Origin: Tubiluchus corallicola
Taxonomy: Eukaryota > Animalia > Priapulida
Reading direction: 5' to 3'
Assembly (NCBI GenBank): GCA_030141605.1
Contig: JAQGDQ010000728.1
Coordinates: forward strand, 1-64,000
Length of the DNA stretch: 64,000 nucleotides
Under the pieces are notes generated by a model that saw nothing but the letters and a program-made list of their open reading frames with translations, was not told the origin of the DNA and made no database searches. The position numbers and the translations under genes are program-made. Below, piece after piece: positions 26,653-41,054 of this stretch. Each line of letters starts with the position of its first letter. The first letter of the stretch is position 1.

Positions 26653-28687
26653 TATTATTATTATAACTCTATTTTATTATATATATTAACATAAATACAT
26701 ACATAATATACATAAATTCCCTCTATTTGCAGGGACCAGTATGAACATTATTATGATAAGTTAGAAAATAAATACAATTATCCCTTTTAATATCACTGGC
26801 GACTACGATAACAGTAAAACGCTATATACAAAAACATATCAACAACTATAAGTAACAAAGCTAGATTTACATTTAAATTTATATTTACCTAATTTTATAA
26901 ATAACTCTTGCTTTTATATTTTCATTGACAGGTAGCAATCTAATTATATAAAATGACAGTAACTGTTCTTGTGCTAACCAAGCTATCGAGCCGTACAAAA
27001 TCGTTGGAAGTACCATGATATTAAAAAGTCTCAAAATTGTCTTCATATGCAAACCTTTGTGCCGGAAACAAAACTGCTTTATCTGCTGCCATGTTTTCCA
27101 CGCCTTTTTCCTGGTATCTAGCACATGAGCGTTAAAATTTAATTGATTGTCCACTGTGACCCCTAGCACTTTGCTTTTTCTTACATAATCAATAGGATTA
27201 TTTCCAAATTTGAGGTTTGGTGGGTCTGGTTCCCAATTCAACATTTTTGAGTTTTTGTACAAAATGGCTTCAGTTTTGTTTTTGGCACAGTTTATGTTCA
27301 TCCGCCACTTCTTACACCAAGTGTACAATTTATCACAACATTTTTGTGCTTTTAAATAACATTCATAGTTTGTATCAGCTGTGACTAGCAAAGAACCATC
27401 ATCTGCATATTTAAATTTTTCACAGCATACTTCATCATCTATTGAATCAAACATGTCAACAACATACAACAAAAACAGTAATGGTGACCAAACGGAACCT
27501 TGTGGGAGACCCAACTGACAATTGTACTTTGGAGATGTATGACCATTAATACGTAAAACAATATTCCTATTTTTTAAAAATGTACTAATAAGACACAACA
27601 TGTTTCCTTTAATACCATATTGATACAACTTGTACAGTAGCCCATTAATCCAAACACTGTTGAAAGCTTTTTGAAATGCAATGCAGCTTGTTTTTAGTAA
27701 ATTTGTTCTAGTCAGGTTAGAAATAAGCCTTACCAAGTAGCGTACTGTACTGTGTCTGGGCCTGAAGCCTTCTTGCTCATCATCAATAATGTCATATGCA
27801 TTACAAAATTGTCTTACACGATTTTCAAGAAGCTTTTCTGCTAGTTTTCCATAGTAGGAGGTAATGCTGATAGGTCTATAATTATTAGGGTCACTATAAT
27901 CGGACTTGCCATTCTTTTTAATAAATGTAACCTTTGAGTCATTCCATGGCCAAATATTGCTGTCTAAGCAAATGTTGACTATATTGAGAAAAGTGGCTTT
28001 AGCCCAAAATCCCATGTTTTTTATCATTAGCGGATGAAACCCGTGAATGTCTATGCTCTTGTTATTTGTTTTAACACTTTTTATCGCATTATTTAGTTCC
28101 CTCATGTTAAACCTATCATTAAGCCATGTATGCTCCACAATTATTTGTTGATCAATTTGTTGGTCAACAATTTCCTCAATTTCTTCAAACTATGCATTAT
28201 CAAATGAATTGGGATTTATATGTTCTCCACTAAAGAATGTTTTGTACATGAGTTTACTTTTGTCATCATCACTTATGTAATCTTTACCCTGCACTTTTAA
28301 GCTTTCTATTTCGTTACTGGATTTAGTTTCAAAAACGCGTTTATATGTTTTCCAGAACTCCTTGCCTTGTGCTACATTTAAATTTTCGGTATTTTTGTCA
28401 ATCCACTTATTCATTTCTAAATGCAGCGCGTCACTAAACTCTGACTTGGCTTCCACATAAGATTGCTTGTTTTCGTAATTGGACATCTGTAGGTAATTTT
28501 TCCTGCAAAGCCTCACTTTATTACTTAATTTTGTTAACTGACTAGACTAGAAAGGTTTGCTAAATTTTGTTATCATTTTCTTATTTAGTGCTTCTTCGTT
28601 TGCATTTTCTATAAGCTGTACCCAAGCACTCTGAACATCTTTGGCCTGAATTCGTTGATCTAGTTCATAAAACTGTTCTCTTACTTT
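26648..28687 (-). mobile_element. LINE copy B2 (same family as B1), lacking the C-terminal ~810 bp
   Basis: ORF 26885-28138 has NYRPISITS, QEGFR, GLPQGSVWSP and KYADD. Same 3' hairpin (26718-26735) and (TAA)n tail, flanked on both sides by GA tracts. Deletion junction at 26965 removes the equivalent of 7776-8584. Confidence 0.9.
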
Positions 28688-28689
28688 CA

Positions 28690-28706
28690 ATTAAAGCAAG
28701 AGGGAA

Positions 28707-28744
<38 letters not shown>

Positions 28745-29323
28745 CAAGCGAGCGAGAGAGTGAGAGAGCGAGAGAGAGAGAGAGAGAGAGAGGGGGGAGA
28801 GGACAGAGAAAGCAAGAGAGAGAGAACAGAGAGAGAGAGAGAGAAAGAGAGCGAGAGAGAGAAAGAGAAAGAGAGAGGGAGAAAAAGAGCGAGAGAGAGA
28901 GCACGAGAGAGAGAGCAAGAGAGAAAGAAAGAGAGCGAGAGAGAGTGTGAAAGAGAGAGAAAGCAAGAGAGAGAGCGAAGGAGAGAGAGAAAGTGAGAGC
29001 AAGAAGGAAAGAGAGAGAGGGAGCAAGAGAGAGAGAAAGAGAGAGAAAGAGAGAGCAAGAGAGAAAGCAAGAGAGCGAGAGAGAGAGTGAAAGAGAAGAC
29101 AGACAAAGCAAGAGAGAGAGACCGCGAAAGAGAGAGAGAACAGCGAGAGAGAGAAAGAGAGCGAGAGAGAGAGAGAGAAAGAGAGAGAATGCAAGAGAGA
29201 GAGAGAGAGAGAGAGAGCAAGGGGGAGAGAAAGCAAGACAGAGAGAGCGAGAGCGAGAGAGAGAGAGAGAGAGAGAGCAAGAGAGAAAGAGAGAGAGGGC
29301 CAGAAAGAGAGAGAAAGTAAGAG

Positions 29324-29404
<81 letters not shown>

Positions 29405-29487
29405 AGAGTGAGAAAGAGAGAGAAAGCAAGACAGAGAGAGCGAAAGAGAGAAAGAGAGAGCAAGAAGGAAAGAGAGATAGAGAGAGA

Positions 29488-29521
<34 letters not shown>

Positions 29522-29830
29522 TGTGTTTAGTGAATACAGAAAGAGAGAGAAAGTTAGAGAGAGAGAGAGAGAGAGAGAGAGAGCAAGCGAGAGAGAAAGA
29601 GAGTAAGAGAGAGCAAGAGGGAAAGAGAGAGAGGGAGCAAGAGAGAGAGAGAGCAAGAGAGAGAGGGAGAGAAAGAGGGAGAAAGCAAGAGAGAGAGGGA
29701 GAGAAAGCGAGAGAAAGCGAGATAGAGAAAGAGAGTAAGAGAGAGAGAGAAAAAGAAAGAGAGAGAGAGATAAAGAGAGCAAGAGAGAGAGAGCAAGAGG
29801 AAGAGAGAGAAAGAGAGAGAGAAAGAGAGT

Positions 29831-29872
<42 letters not shown>

Positions 29873-29873
29873 T
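28690..29873. repeat. 1.2 kb degenerate (GA)n tract
   Basis: Direct reading; contains a 17 bp copy of the module D edge at 29521-29537. Confidence 0.95.
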
Positions 29874-30542
29874 ATGTGTTTAGTGAATACTTGCATAATT
29901 TATGAACACTTTTAGCATGCACTGGATATATATTTTCGCAAAGAATGTGATAGAGTAACTGTGTGAACGGTGGTAAGTTTTCACATTTTTCACAGCATAA
30001 TATATGTAAGGTTGGGAAGTTACTAAAAGTATAGACGCAGTTCAATGACAGTCACCCATTGTTTTCAAGACTTGCATTTGCGTTTCCAAGACTACGCGAG
30101 TTTGGAACGCTTTGCGCAAAGCAGCGTCATTCTGGTTTATACTTTCAGCGTGTAAACTTAAATTTCCATAAGCGACGAGAAAGATCTGCAATTTTTATTA
30201 TCATTATTTTAATTTATTTTATTTTATTGTTCATATATACTTGTGTGTGTTTTTCTTTCTTTTTCGTTTTTGCATATTTCTTTTGCACTGGCTGCCGCTT
30301 GGGTGAGTGATATTTTTTTAATTACCAGACACTTTATGAACTATTGATATATTTCAAAGGTTAGCAGCACTGAAAGCAGTTGTAGGTAGGCAGTATTATG
30401 AGTCATTTTTAAAAAGGGAGTAAGAGAGAAAGCAAGAGAGGGAGAGAGAAACAGAGGCAGAGAGGGAAGGAGAGAGAGAGGGAAAGAAAGCGAGAGAGAG
30501 AAAGAGAGGCAGAGAGAGAAGGAGAGCAAGGGAGCGAGAGAG

Positions 30543-30588
<46 letters not shown>

Positions 30589-30676
30589 TAGAGAGAGCAA
30601 GAGAGAGAGAAAAAAAAGAGAGAAAAAGCAAGAGAGAGAGAGAAAAGGAGGGAGAGAGAAAGAGGGAGAGGCAGAG

Positions 30677-30741
<65 letters not shown>

Positions 30742-33700
30742 AAGGGAGCGATTATTTTATTGACTTAAGTTGTCTAAGGAAATGCAGTGCAGGAAAGTAA
30801 CCAAGTAAAAGACAATTTTAGATAAAAACAAAAAAAATCTCAGTAACCCTAATTTTTTTTATCATTGTTCTTTGATCCACAACTGTAACAGTGCAGGATT
30901 AGCAGTAAACGCAATGACCAGAGCAGCAGGAAGTGCGACAGGAAAAGCAACGACAACTATAGCAACAATGACAATGTCAAAAACAAGAATAACACCAGCA
31001 GCATAGCAACAGCAGCCGCAGCACCATCATCAACAACAGAAACATTAACAGCCACAATGACAACGACAATAACTGCAGTTAAAACAACAACAGCACCAGC
31101 AACAGCAATAAAATCGTCAAGAATGACAATGACCATGTTATATATAGGAAGGTTCGGTGCACAAAAGCAAAACTAGGAAACTAGTGTGTACTTCACTTGC
31201 GAGCAAAATTTCCTTACAATTTTCGATAATTACCAGCGTACGTGGTAAGGACATGTTATTTTAAGTGGCACATGCTCGACTTTTTGTGCTATTGGCATAT
31301 TATTTGCAAACAATTTTGTTTACACATTGTCATTTAATGTCATTTTGTAGTTGATTACTGTAAGTTGTGCTCGAAAACGTAAAAAACAAATAAGCTTGAG
31401 AAATTACAGTTTTGTTTAACTTTTTGGCGTGAAGGTAATTATTATGCAGCAAAATGTATCAAACTTCGCGTTAAAAATCCAAATTTATTGACGCACAGCT
31501 CTGCATTGAATCAAATGACAAAATGTTGGATGTACGTTAAGACATACAAATGTTACACAATTTTTTTAATTAATAATTGTTAAGCTACCTATTGTGTGCA
31601 GATTTTTCTCGCGTATATTTTTCGAGCAATTAAGTTATCTGCCTCTAGTTGTTTAAACCTATTTTGGGAAAAGCCATTTTCAAATCTTTTTTCACTCCTT
31701 AGATCGAGAAGGAACTTGCTACGAAAGATGGCTGCTCAGTTTTTATTATATATAGCAGTGTGCAGCTTATTGACTTTCAACACTGTCGTCTGCCGAGTTT
31801 CGTCTACAGTTGACACAAGTTCCATTAGAGTTAACGCCAATAATGATCGGGTAAATGCGTATAGGGTGGAGCCAGAATTTATCGACCATGAGATGCCTTC
31901 CGCAGCATTTGGACAAATACAAGCGCACAGCTACGAACCAATGCCGCCTCCACGTAAAGTACGTGTACAATGAGTGGTTCCGCGTTTGTAAGAGTTTTGC
32001 TATCAAATTTCGTGCATATTTAGTTTGATTAATTTTTACATCTGGCTCAATTAAGTATTTACTACATTAACTCGTTATACATTAATATATCTATTACGGG
32101 TAGGACCTACATGCTACATTGTTTGCACTTTAATAGTTTTCATGTAATACAGAAATGAAATATAACGAAATATAATGAAATACGCTTACGTGTAAGCAAA
32201 TAAGGATAGTTTAATGAAATACAATACACATTGTATAATGAAGTAAAATTCAGGACATACAGATCATGCTTTTTGAGCTGATTATTTTAATATGATTTGC
32301 AATATATCTTACTGTGAACCGGATGTAATTTTGTAGATTCCGGCAAGTTTAAGGATTGCACTGAAAGATGTGAAAATCGCTGACGATTTTTTCCCCAATT
32401 TCATTCAGCCAGGACTAAATCTGTCAACTGATTCATTCGAAGGAAGAAGTAAGTCGTATTTTTTGCTTCATGGTCAGTAGTGTGTTTCATTCGGTACTGC
32501 ACCACTTTTCAGCGTCAAATTTTGAGAGCTGATGCAGAGGAAAATAGTGCAGTTTTAGTTCAGCACAAGGTACAAAGTTGGTTTCAGCTAATTTCTGACT
32601 AACAGTCATCTCTCTTTAATTTTACGCTTTCTCAGTATGTAATGTTGAGTTTACTAGGTCGAAACTAAATTATACATTTCTAGCTTTCCCTAGAATCTAT
32701 ATGGAACATTTTGTAATATTTCCGTTAATATTTCTTGGTTATAAAGGGATTAAGGAAGTTTAGTCTATTTAAATTTAAACAATCTTTCTTCCTTTTTTCA
32801 CATTATGTATATCTTCCTATAAAGTGCATTTCCTGTTAAAAGTGGCGTTTATGTAGTTTGCGGATGCCCTTTGGAGGGTGTGGAAAAGATAAAATCGGTC
32901 TTATTGTTTTCAATTCACCCGTTTATTGCCTACATATGCGTTTCCTTTTCCTGCAGCAATTTCCTACTGGTTTTTTCCGCAGCTATTCCGCAGTGTCCCG
33001 CGAGGGAAAACACATCCGCATGCTGCGTAAACGTAGAAAAGTTTACATTGCACATTATTTTTTATAAAATCGATCATTTATAATTTGCACCTAATGGAAG
33101 ACGTTCATTCTATGTTATGTGATGTATCAAAATTTATTTACGATAGGGCTAATTACTGTATTTACAAAGGCTTGTTTCGTAATACTTATCTTTTTGCAAT
33201 TTTATTTTCATCCGTACATATTTTGTGAGAGGCTAGAAATTTATTTACGTACGTAATTTTTATGTGATAGTTCTGCATTAACGAATACTTGATTACAACA
33301 ATCCGTTAGACAGTTTTCACGGTATAAAGAATGTTGTGGAAAAGCTTTCTATCATTAAGTTCTATGTGTAAGTTTCTAAGCCTACCAGGTCAAAGTCAAT
33401 AAAACAAAAGTATTTTTGAACAGTACAATGTGTATTTCACGACGATTTTTTATAAAAAACCGAAGCTTTTGCAGATCGTTCTGAAAAACTGAGACAAAAT
33501 TTTTGCTATTCTTCGACAAGGACAACACCGATACCAACCAAAGCATTTCGTATGCCCAAAACGGAACAGTTACTTTCCGGACCCAAACGATTGTGCCGCA
33601 TTCTATCAGTGTTCAAACGGAACACCATTTCGTAAAACTTGCAAATAACATTTTTTCAAGCAAGAGACTATCTGTATATAGCTTGCTCAGCAGCAAATTA

Positions 33701-36700
33701 TCAAGAAAAATTTCGTGTCATAATCGAATTTTCTACTTCTTGAATAGTCTGAAAGGCTAGTCATGATGACTCACTAGTTTCAAGAATTTGAAAATTAATA
33801 TCAATTTATTAATTATCAATATCAATATTGCAAATAATATCAATTCAATTTCGTAAACGGAAAATTTGTAACCATGCTTCAGCAGTAAAGTGCAAAACAA
33901 AAGGAATAAACATACCATGATTCTGAATGCATTCCTTGATGTTTTGTTTCTGCATTAATTCTAACTTTTAATTCAATGGTATTTTAATTCTGTAATCGAA
34001 CTTGGTTTTTGGCGAAACTCCTCTTTGCTCTTTACTTTTGGCTACAAACCGACTTTTCCAGTTTGTTCAAGTCATTCTATAAGTCTACAGACGGGTAGTC
34101 TGTATAACTTCATTAGTAAGACAACAAAGTGGAAAATAATATAAATATAGTAATTATGATAGGCTTTACTAGCAAGAAAGATATACCGTCATCGCCGTGT
34201 ATACAGAAGAATCGTGATAAAGCTGATTTGGGGGCGCAAATCTGGATGCTATGCTTGGGGCCAGGAGGGAAGTAGAGCTTCTTTGGTGAACTAAGTAACT
34301 GCACAAACGATTTAAATAGAATAAAAAATGGTTACCACGGCACATGACGCTTATATTCCTTTCACAACCGAATTATGAACTGGCGTACACACATGTCTAC
34401 AGGTTCTTAGAATAACTTGTTCATCAAATTAGAAGTTTCAATTTTGGTGTATAATAAAGTTTTTGATGACAAAGCAGACAAACATTGGATTTTGCACATT
34501 TAAAATTTATTTTACAAGTTTTTGTTCATGGTTATCTTCCAGAGTTAATCCCTATTGCGGAGAAAGCGATCTGTCAGCCTCGTCTTAAGCCGGTTATGAT
34601 ACCACAACCCGAGGATATTTCTCTGATGTACTGGCCACCCTGTACAGAGCTGCATCAGTGTGGTGGTTGTTGCTATGACGACATCGGACAGAACTTAGTG
34701 GCTTGTAAACCTGTGCGTCAGGAGTCAGTGGAGCGCCAGGTAACATATAATTATGTTCTTGGGATGTTAAAATTAAGCCGGTATTCGTAGTCATAAACTG
34801 TGGAGTACGTTAAATTTGAAACAAAGAGTATCTCGGGTGGTATCATGTGGTATGGTACACGGCTACACGCTGGACATACCATCGTTGGACTGATCGTACG
34901 TATAGTAGGAATGGTTGCCGCCATTATTGAACTATTAAGTCATGTAATTATGTATGCATAACAATGGCTATGTATATGACATGCATGTATCAAAGTGTCA
35001 CAAGTTAATACGGAATCAGAGTCACATAGGAGTGATAGGACTAAGACAAATTTGAATTCAATGACTGAGGCAATTTTGACATTCCTTTCAAATTTAAAGA
35101 GACATGTCATTTAATTTAGTCATAACTAATAAACTGTTTTCCTGCAAGATGCTTTATATAACGTACTAACAACGAACATTAGTAGAGCATTCAGCATTGT
35201 CTTGTGCTTCATCACCGCTCTCGTCGTCATTCATATGAACCACGAAAATTTGTTAACACTAGCTGCTAGACTATTATTCCCGGCACTGTCATTCTAATAA
35301 AATATTTTGTGTTTCATACAGGTGTATAAACTGAGATATCCAGCATACAATTCTTCCTCTTTTATCCCAGAAGGTTTAGAAGTTGTGACATTGCAAAACC
35401 ATACTCGATGTGACTGCCTTTGCAGTAAGAGCCCAAGAGACTGTACATCGTATCAGGTTATTATTTTGCATCCCTCGCCTATGTCATTGACTCTTTGGAA
35501 ACTGTAACTTGTTTAGGTTCCTAGTGGATCGCCCTCTGTTGTTTTGCATTTATACTTTCTGCAACTTAATATACAAATCTATATGATTTTAATTGCAATG
35601 TCTATGTCGCGCGATGACTGTTATGGACTTCACAATAAATGGGTTGCAAGAGCTTTATTTTTCATGCAATTATAAAAAGAAACTCAAGGAAAGTTTGTAA
35701 AACTAAATTGTAGAAATTGCAATTTTTCCGGAATATTTCTGACTAAAATTGGTAAAGCAGGAAAAAAGCAACACATTGGCTAAGAGCAGTCACTCAAGTT
35801 TAAATTGTGCGAGTCAGTAAATACTGAACTCTTTTGCAAAAACTGTCTAGAATAAAAGTTTTAGTAAAATAACCGAGTAAACGTGATTAGCATAATGCCT
35901 AAAACTTCAAATTTTTTTATGTGTTTCAGATCTACAAAGAATGTCAATGCATGTGTCCCAACATTGAAGATGCAAACTACTGTACAGAAGGACAAAGATG
36001 GGACCCAACTCACTGTAAATGTAAATATTTTGGAGAAATATGTCCCACTGTTTGCAGGTAAGTAAGAACAGGTTACAGTAATAATATAAGTTTAAACTGA
36101 CCACAGGAAAGTTAAAGTAACCTTCTTGTCAAAACTTCGTGCTTGGCAGGCAAAATTTTAATTCTACTTTGGCAGAGCTAAATTACTAAACATTTGTGCA
36201 TTGTATGACTAGATAGTTATTTCAAATATCAGCTGCATGTGTGTCTCTCTGTTATTGCACGTAGTACATGTACGCTGTTGTTGCATTAGCATCCGAGTAA
36301 TTAGTACTAATGACTCTTCATATAAAAGTTGATCTTGTGAATTTCCTGTCGAATATATTGAAATACTGACTGTGAGCATTAATTTTTTACTACTGGTAGT
36401 CACCACATGCATTCTAATGGCAGCGATTTGTCACATCTGCATGGTGGAGTGACAATTTCGAGAACAAACGTCTTACTACCACTTTCTGCACTACTTATTA
36501 TAGCCTAGTCAAATATTCACTTGATTGTACAAACTAACACCAAAAACCAATTTATTATTTTGATTGTTTAATTTGTTTTTAAACGTTATCACATGTCTAT
36601 CACATTTTTACTGTGTGATTTTTCTGCTTTCAGCGCCAAGAATGGCAGCATCTGCATGATTCTATTCTCTTTTGGTAAAAAAAACTTCTATTTTTAGATT

Positions 36701-37897
36701 TACAAGATTTTAATTTAGAACTTACATAGTAACTTTGTATTATTGAAAGTTGGAACTGCCTGTAGCTTTCTACTGGCTATGCAAAAAGTGTATAAGCGTG
36801 CGCAAAATTGGTAAATCAGCGCTTAGTCTGGTTAGTCAGCAGCACGAGTAACAAATTTGTGTCGTACAAGTTGCTGCACACAGATTTTGGCTCGTGTGCA
36901 ACGGCTGTAGTTGCAGAGCGTCAGCAAATTTACAAAATGAAATTACATTGTATTGCTACACTAAGGATAACAACAATTAATACTACTATTGTGCTATCCA
37001 AACATATAATGGCATTCAAACGTTAATGTGTGTTCAGAACTATTTTTATTATTAGGGAAAGCCCACAATGTCTGTAATATGCCAATATATCTTCAAGCAT
37101 TACACATTTATTTTATTTAAATATTTCTTGTTTTGTTTAGCTGTGTTGCTCGGCCGGTTACTCGAGGTGTAAATGCGCGAGCGGCTAAAACAGACAAGTT
37201 GCCACCACCGTTGCCACCTGTTTTACATAGAAAGAAGAGCGCCATCAAGTGGCCGGACTTCAAGTATTGCCACAATTTCAAAACAGAAATTTATTCGTAA
37301 ATGGTCCGCATATACATGCATTTAGACATGTATGGGCACTGTATTTACTGTATAATATATTTACAATATTAATTTATTAAGTGGAACATTTGGCTCGTTT
37401 GGCCATTTCATTATATAGTAGCATTCCGTTTAATACTATTTAGTTTAGTTTAGTTTATTAAAGTTATTTTACATAATAATCCATTTTTGGCTTTACATGG
37501 ATTGGATATTGACTGGCAATACCTGACTTGCACTTGCTGATAGCACTATTTATATATGGCATTACTTGTTTGCGGAAAAATTCACGTTTTGTTCAATATC
37601 TTAGGGTTTTGGTTTGAGTTGTTTCTCCTTTTCCTGTGACTTTTTTACATTGAGTTCGCGCTGCCCCCAAACATTTAGCTGAAGGGACTTCGTTTACTAT
37701 AATTGTAGCGTTCTAAAGAGATAATTAAATTGAAATTGAATTGAATAGGCGCCATTGTTGTTTTTTGACTCACACCTTGGATATTTTCCCATTGTCTTCT
37801 CGGTGAAAACATTTTATTCAACAGCAAGGGTGTCGTTTTTGTGTAAATAATGGATCAGTAACGAAGGAGGTTTTAAAAATTAATCTTCCCCTTGTAG
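29874..37897 (+). repeat. Segmental duplicate of ~6025-25152 (D, GA, E, Pvf locus) with large indels
   Basis: Colinear high identity by eye. Blocks missing here correspond to ~7454-10030, ~10795-14048, 14562-15927, ~18306-18732, ~21058-21470 and ~21945-24750; extra blocks at ~33345-33670 and ~36165-36555. Confidence 0.9.
31728..37300 (+). CDS. Pvf: PDGF/VEGF-family growth factor (Pvf-like) paralog 2, ~320 aa, 6 predicted exons
   Basis: Exons 31728-31958, 32337-32448, 34543-34739, 35322-35456, 35930-36057, 37141-37300 give one open frame. Canonical WPPCTELHQCGGCC and NHTRCDC with all 8 PDGF/VEGF cysteines; lacks the 132 nt exon 3 of paralog 1. Confidence 0.88.
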
Positions 37898-37939
37898 TTT
37901 AGTAGTAATTTACACCCTGCGTGTAATTTTTTTTAAATT

Positions 37940-38120
37940 TTATTTATTATTATTATCACATTCAGTACAATATAATGACATTAAGCACACAGTGACATCA
38001 AAATTATTACATCATACTGTATTAAATTGTTATGTTTCATACACTATCGTTATCATAAAAGAATAATTGTACTGCAGTGGGCTAGAGAGGCAAAGGCTTG
38101 TATAAGCCCACTGTCATGTG
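37940..38120 (-). mobile_element. LINE-type 3' UTR remnant with stem-loop
   Basis: cagtgggct...agcccactg hairpin (38075-38113) upstream, on -, of an AATAAA/TAA-repeat tail. Confidence 0.4.
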
Positions 38121-39379
38121 AACCAGATAAAAAAAGAATGGATGAGTGAACAAAAAAAGAACTGGGAGAAAGGTTAGATCACACAGGAAGGGTAGAATGA
38201 TGTGTTAATGGAAATGGTAGGAAGAAAGATAATAGATTGTGCTATGTTAACATAATTGATTTACATTATAGCAACATAGTTGCATAGATACAACGAATGC
38301 AAATTATCTGCATCGAATTCAATGTAAATGAGTCATCATTCTTTTATACTGTGATGCTTGATCATGATTTGCACACAAAAACGACCAACTAATAGAAAAT
38401 AGTAATTATTTTTATTTATTATACATTGCATAATGCAGTTTGTATGTAATTAACGAACTTCACCAATTGGCTTAAGTCGTGTACATATGCGGATTTTTCA
38501 CAACGTTTACGAAAAAGGCTACGCAAGATGCTTACAATAAAATATATGTAATAAAATATTTTAATATAAAATAAGGTAATAAATGTGATATAATGTGGAC
38601 GTACTATTGTTAATATTACTGTTCTTACTGCACGTTAGAACATGATAAGATACAAAATTATTTGTAAACAGTCTACTAAATGTTTGCCTATTGTACAGTT
38701 TTAGTATGTTCCCGTAAAATAAATTTAGAAATGTTTTAGTGCCAATTTTACCTTTAAAAAGTATTTTAACAGTCTTTTACGTTAAAGTGATCAAAAAGCT
38801 AAGCTGATCTAAGACAAGATAAAATGTAGTATCCATGGCAATACTCAGTTAAGGTATATTCACATTTTTTGTAGTTTACATGCGGTTTACATACGACGGT
38901 GTCATACATTCGGCAACGGTATAGGTGTGTGTTTGTATGAATAGATCTACACACGGCAAGCGCACTTACCGGACGCGTGCCGCATCTACCGCTGACCTCA
39001 CTAGCCGCGAAAATGTGGACATATCATGTAGTCCACAATCTTCGGCCACTAGCGTTCATTTAATCAAGGCTTTAGATGCGTTCACACTGCAGCGTTACCA
39101 GATTGAGTGCAAACAGTCGCCGGCACGATCTCGTAGATCCTCTGGCTCTCCTGTAAAAAAGCGACAACAATGATGAGGACAACGATGACGACAGTAGAAT
39201 ACGTTTAGATAATCATTCAATTCAGTATCTCAAGCACGTCTGGTGTGGCGTTGTAATCCATATTTTGACCAAAGCAATTTCAGTTGTGCGCATAATTTAC
39301 TATTGCACAATACCTTAATTTGCATTATGATGTTTCAGTAATTCAATTTGCTAGTGTAGATAGATTAAATTAGACTTAT

Positions 39380-40190
39380 TATAGGTTTTACATGTCAGAT
39401 ATAGACCTGCATTAACTCTATAAATGTAGATTTAGGTAATTCAAATGTGTCTTGGTAACTCAAATGTAGATTTGGGTAGTTCAAATATGTTAACAATGGT
39501 TTTCAAGAAATCTTAAGCGTTTTTGGTAAGTCAAATGTAGACACGTCAAGTCAAATGTGACATTGGTATCTCAAATTTGGACAGGTGGTAAAGCTTAAGG
39601 AAGTAAAATTTAATCTCCTTTAATCTTAATTTAATAATTGCTGCTTAAATAATAACTTTATAGGGCTACTAAAAGTTCACTAATATTCTGTAAACTTTAC
39701 ATACCATTGGAACTATTAGAGAAAACAATAAATTCTTAAAATAAACAATGCTTATTGAGAGAAACTAATTCATTAATGCAGTGCTAATGCATTCCTTAAA
39801 CTAATTAGTGATTCACTGTTCATTGGGAAGGGATAAACAACATATTTTTCAAAGTTATTAAAGAGGTGATGACTATCTTTGTTTTGTCTTTTTCTAATTT
39901 GCACTTAGATGAGTTAATTACCTATTTATTCAAAGCAATGCATCTACATCTGACTTACCTAAGTCACATTTGAGTTACCAAAACACATTATCAATTCCTA
40001 TGTCTACATTTGACTTACCTAAGTCACATTTGAGTTACCAAAACACATTAGCAATTCCTATGTCTACATTTGACTTACCTAAGTCACATTTGAGTTACCA
40101 AAACATATTAGCAATTCCTATGTCTACATTTGACTTACCTAAGTCACATTTGCAGTTTCCTGTGTCTACATTTGACGTGTAAAACCTATA
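39380..40190. mobile_element. Non-autonomous TIR element (MITE) with inverted subterminal repeats and a 60 bp tandem array
   Basis: Left end tataggttttacatgtcagatatagac; right end is the reverse complement of tataggttttacacgtcaaatgtagac. TA context; 60 bp unit x3.5 at ~39945-40150. Confidence 0.85.
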
Positions 40191-40934
40191 TATACAATAC
40201 TAATGTGTGCAGAGTTATACATGTACATACAGTATAATATGTAAGATACAAAGTTTATAAATCTTCAGCACATGAAGACACATCAAGTCAACACTACAAG
40301 AAAACTTCTGTAGTGTTAACTTAATAAATGGCGTGAATGAATACGAAAAAAACATAATTTAAAGAAAAAATGGCGATGAAAATGTGTGAGTCATTGATGA
40401 GAATAATATATGCATTAGTGTTTGACGACTAATGTTCTCTATTATGGAGCAAGGCATTTCTGCGAATCTTTTCTGTGATTCTACTGTGCCCTGTTACCTT
40501 TTTTCAAGAGTACGAACCAATGTACTGTGGTTATAATTAGCAATAGAGCAATAGATTTCATGTCGAAGTAATTTTCATACAAACGCACAAAATACTTTTT
40601 TTGGTACGCTTTTCGTGAATGTCTAGTCTGGTATAAACGTTAATTGTCTCATTTCGCAGGAAATTAATTTCAAACGTTCTTGGTAGTCGCAATTTCGCGA
40701 ACTGTTATAGGACAAGCACAAATCCACCAGTGACGTCAGCACAATACGTAAATGTCCGAATATAAATTTTAAGCCTAATAGTCGTATAAGAGGCAGTTAT
40801 TGCACAGAGTTACTACTAAATTTGAAATGCCAAACGCTTTTATTCTGCCCAAATTTAGACTAAATTCCCGTGCAGAAAGGATATTTACAAGGAAGTGTTG
40901 CAAATCAAGTTTATCATTTATATATTACGCAAAA

Positions 40935-41054
40935 CACTACGGCCAAGTCGCGTTGAAAACACCGGTTCTCGTCTGATCACCGAAGTTAAGCAACATAGAG
41001 CCTGTTTAGTGCTTGGATGTGTGACCGCCTAGTAATACCAGGTGCTGTAGGCTT
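40935..41054 (+). pseudogene. 5S rRNA-like sequence (SINE head)
   Basis: ctacggcc...gttgaaaacaccggttctcgtctgatcaccgaagttaagcaac...ttagtgcttggatg...gtgctgtaggctt, 120 nt, with multiple substitutions vs canonical invertebrate 5S and no oligo-T terminator. Confidence 0.9.

Noticed and set aside
40935-41054. Functional 5S rRNA gene
   Set aside because: Many substitutions, no oligo-T terminator, continuous with a SINE body and TSD.
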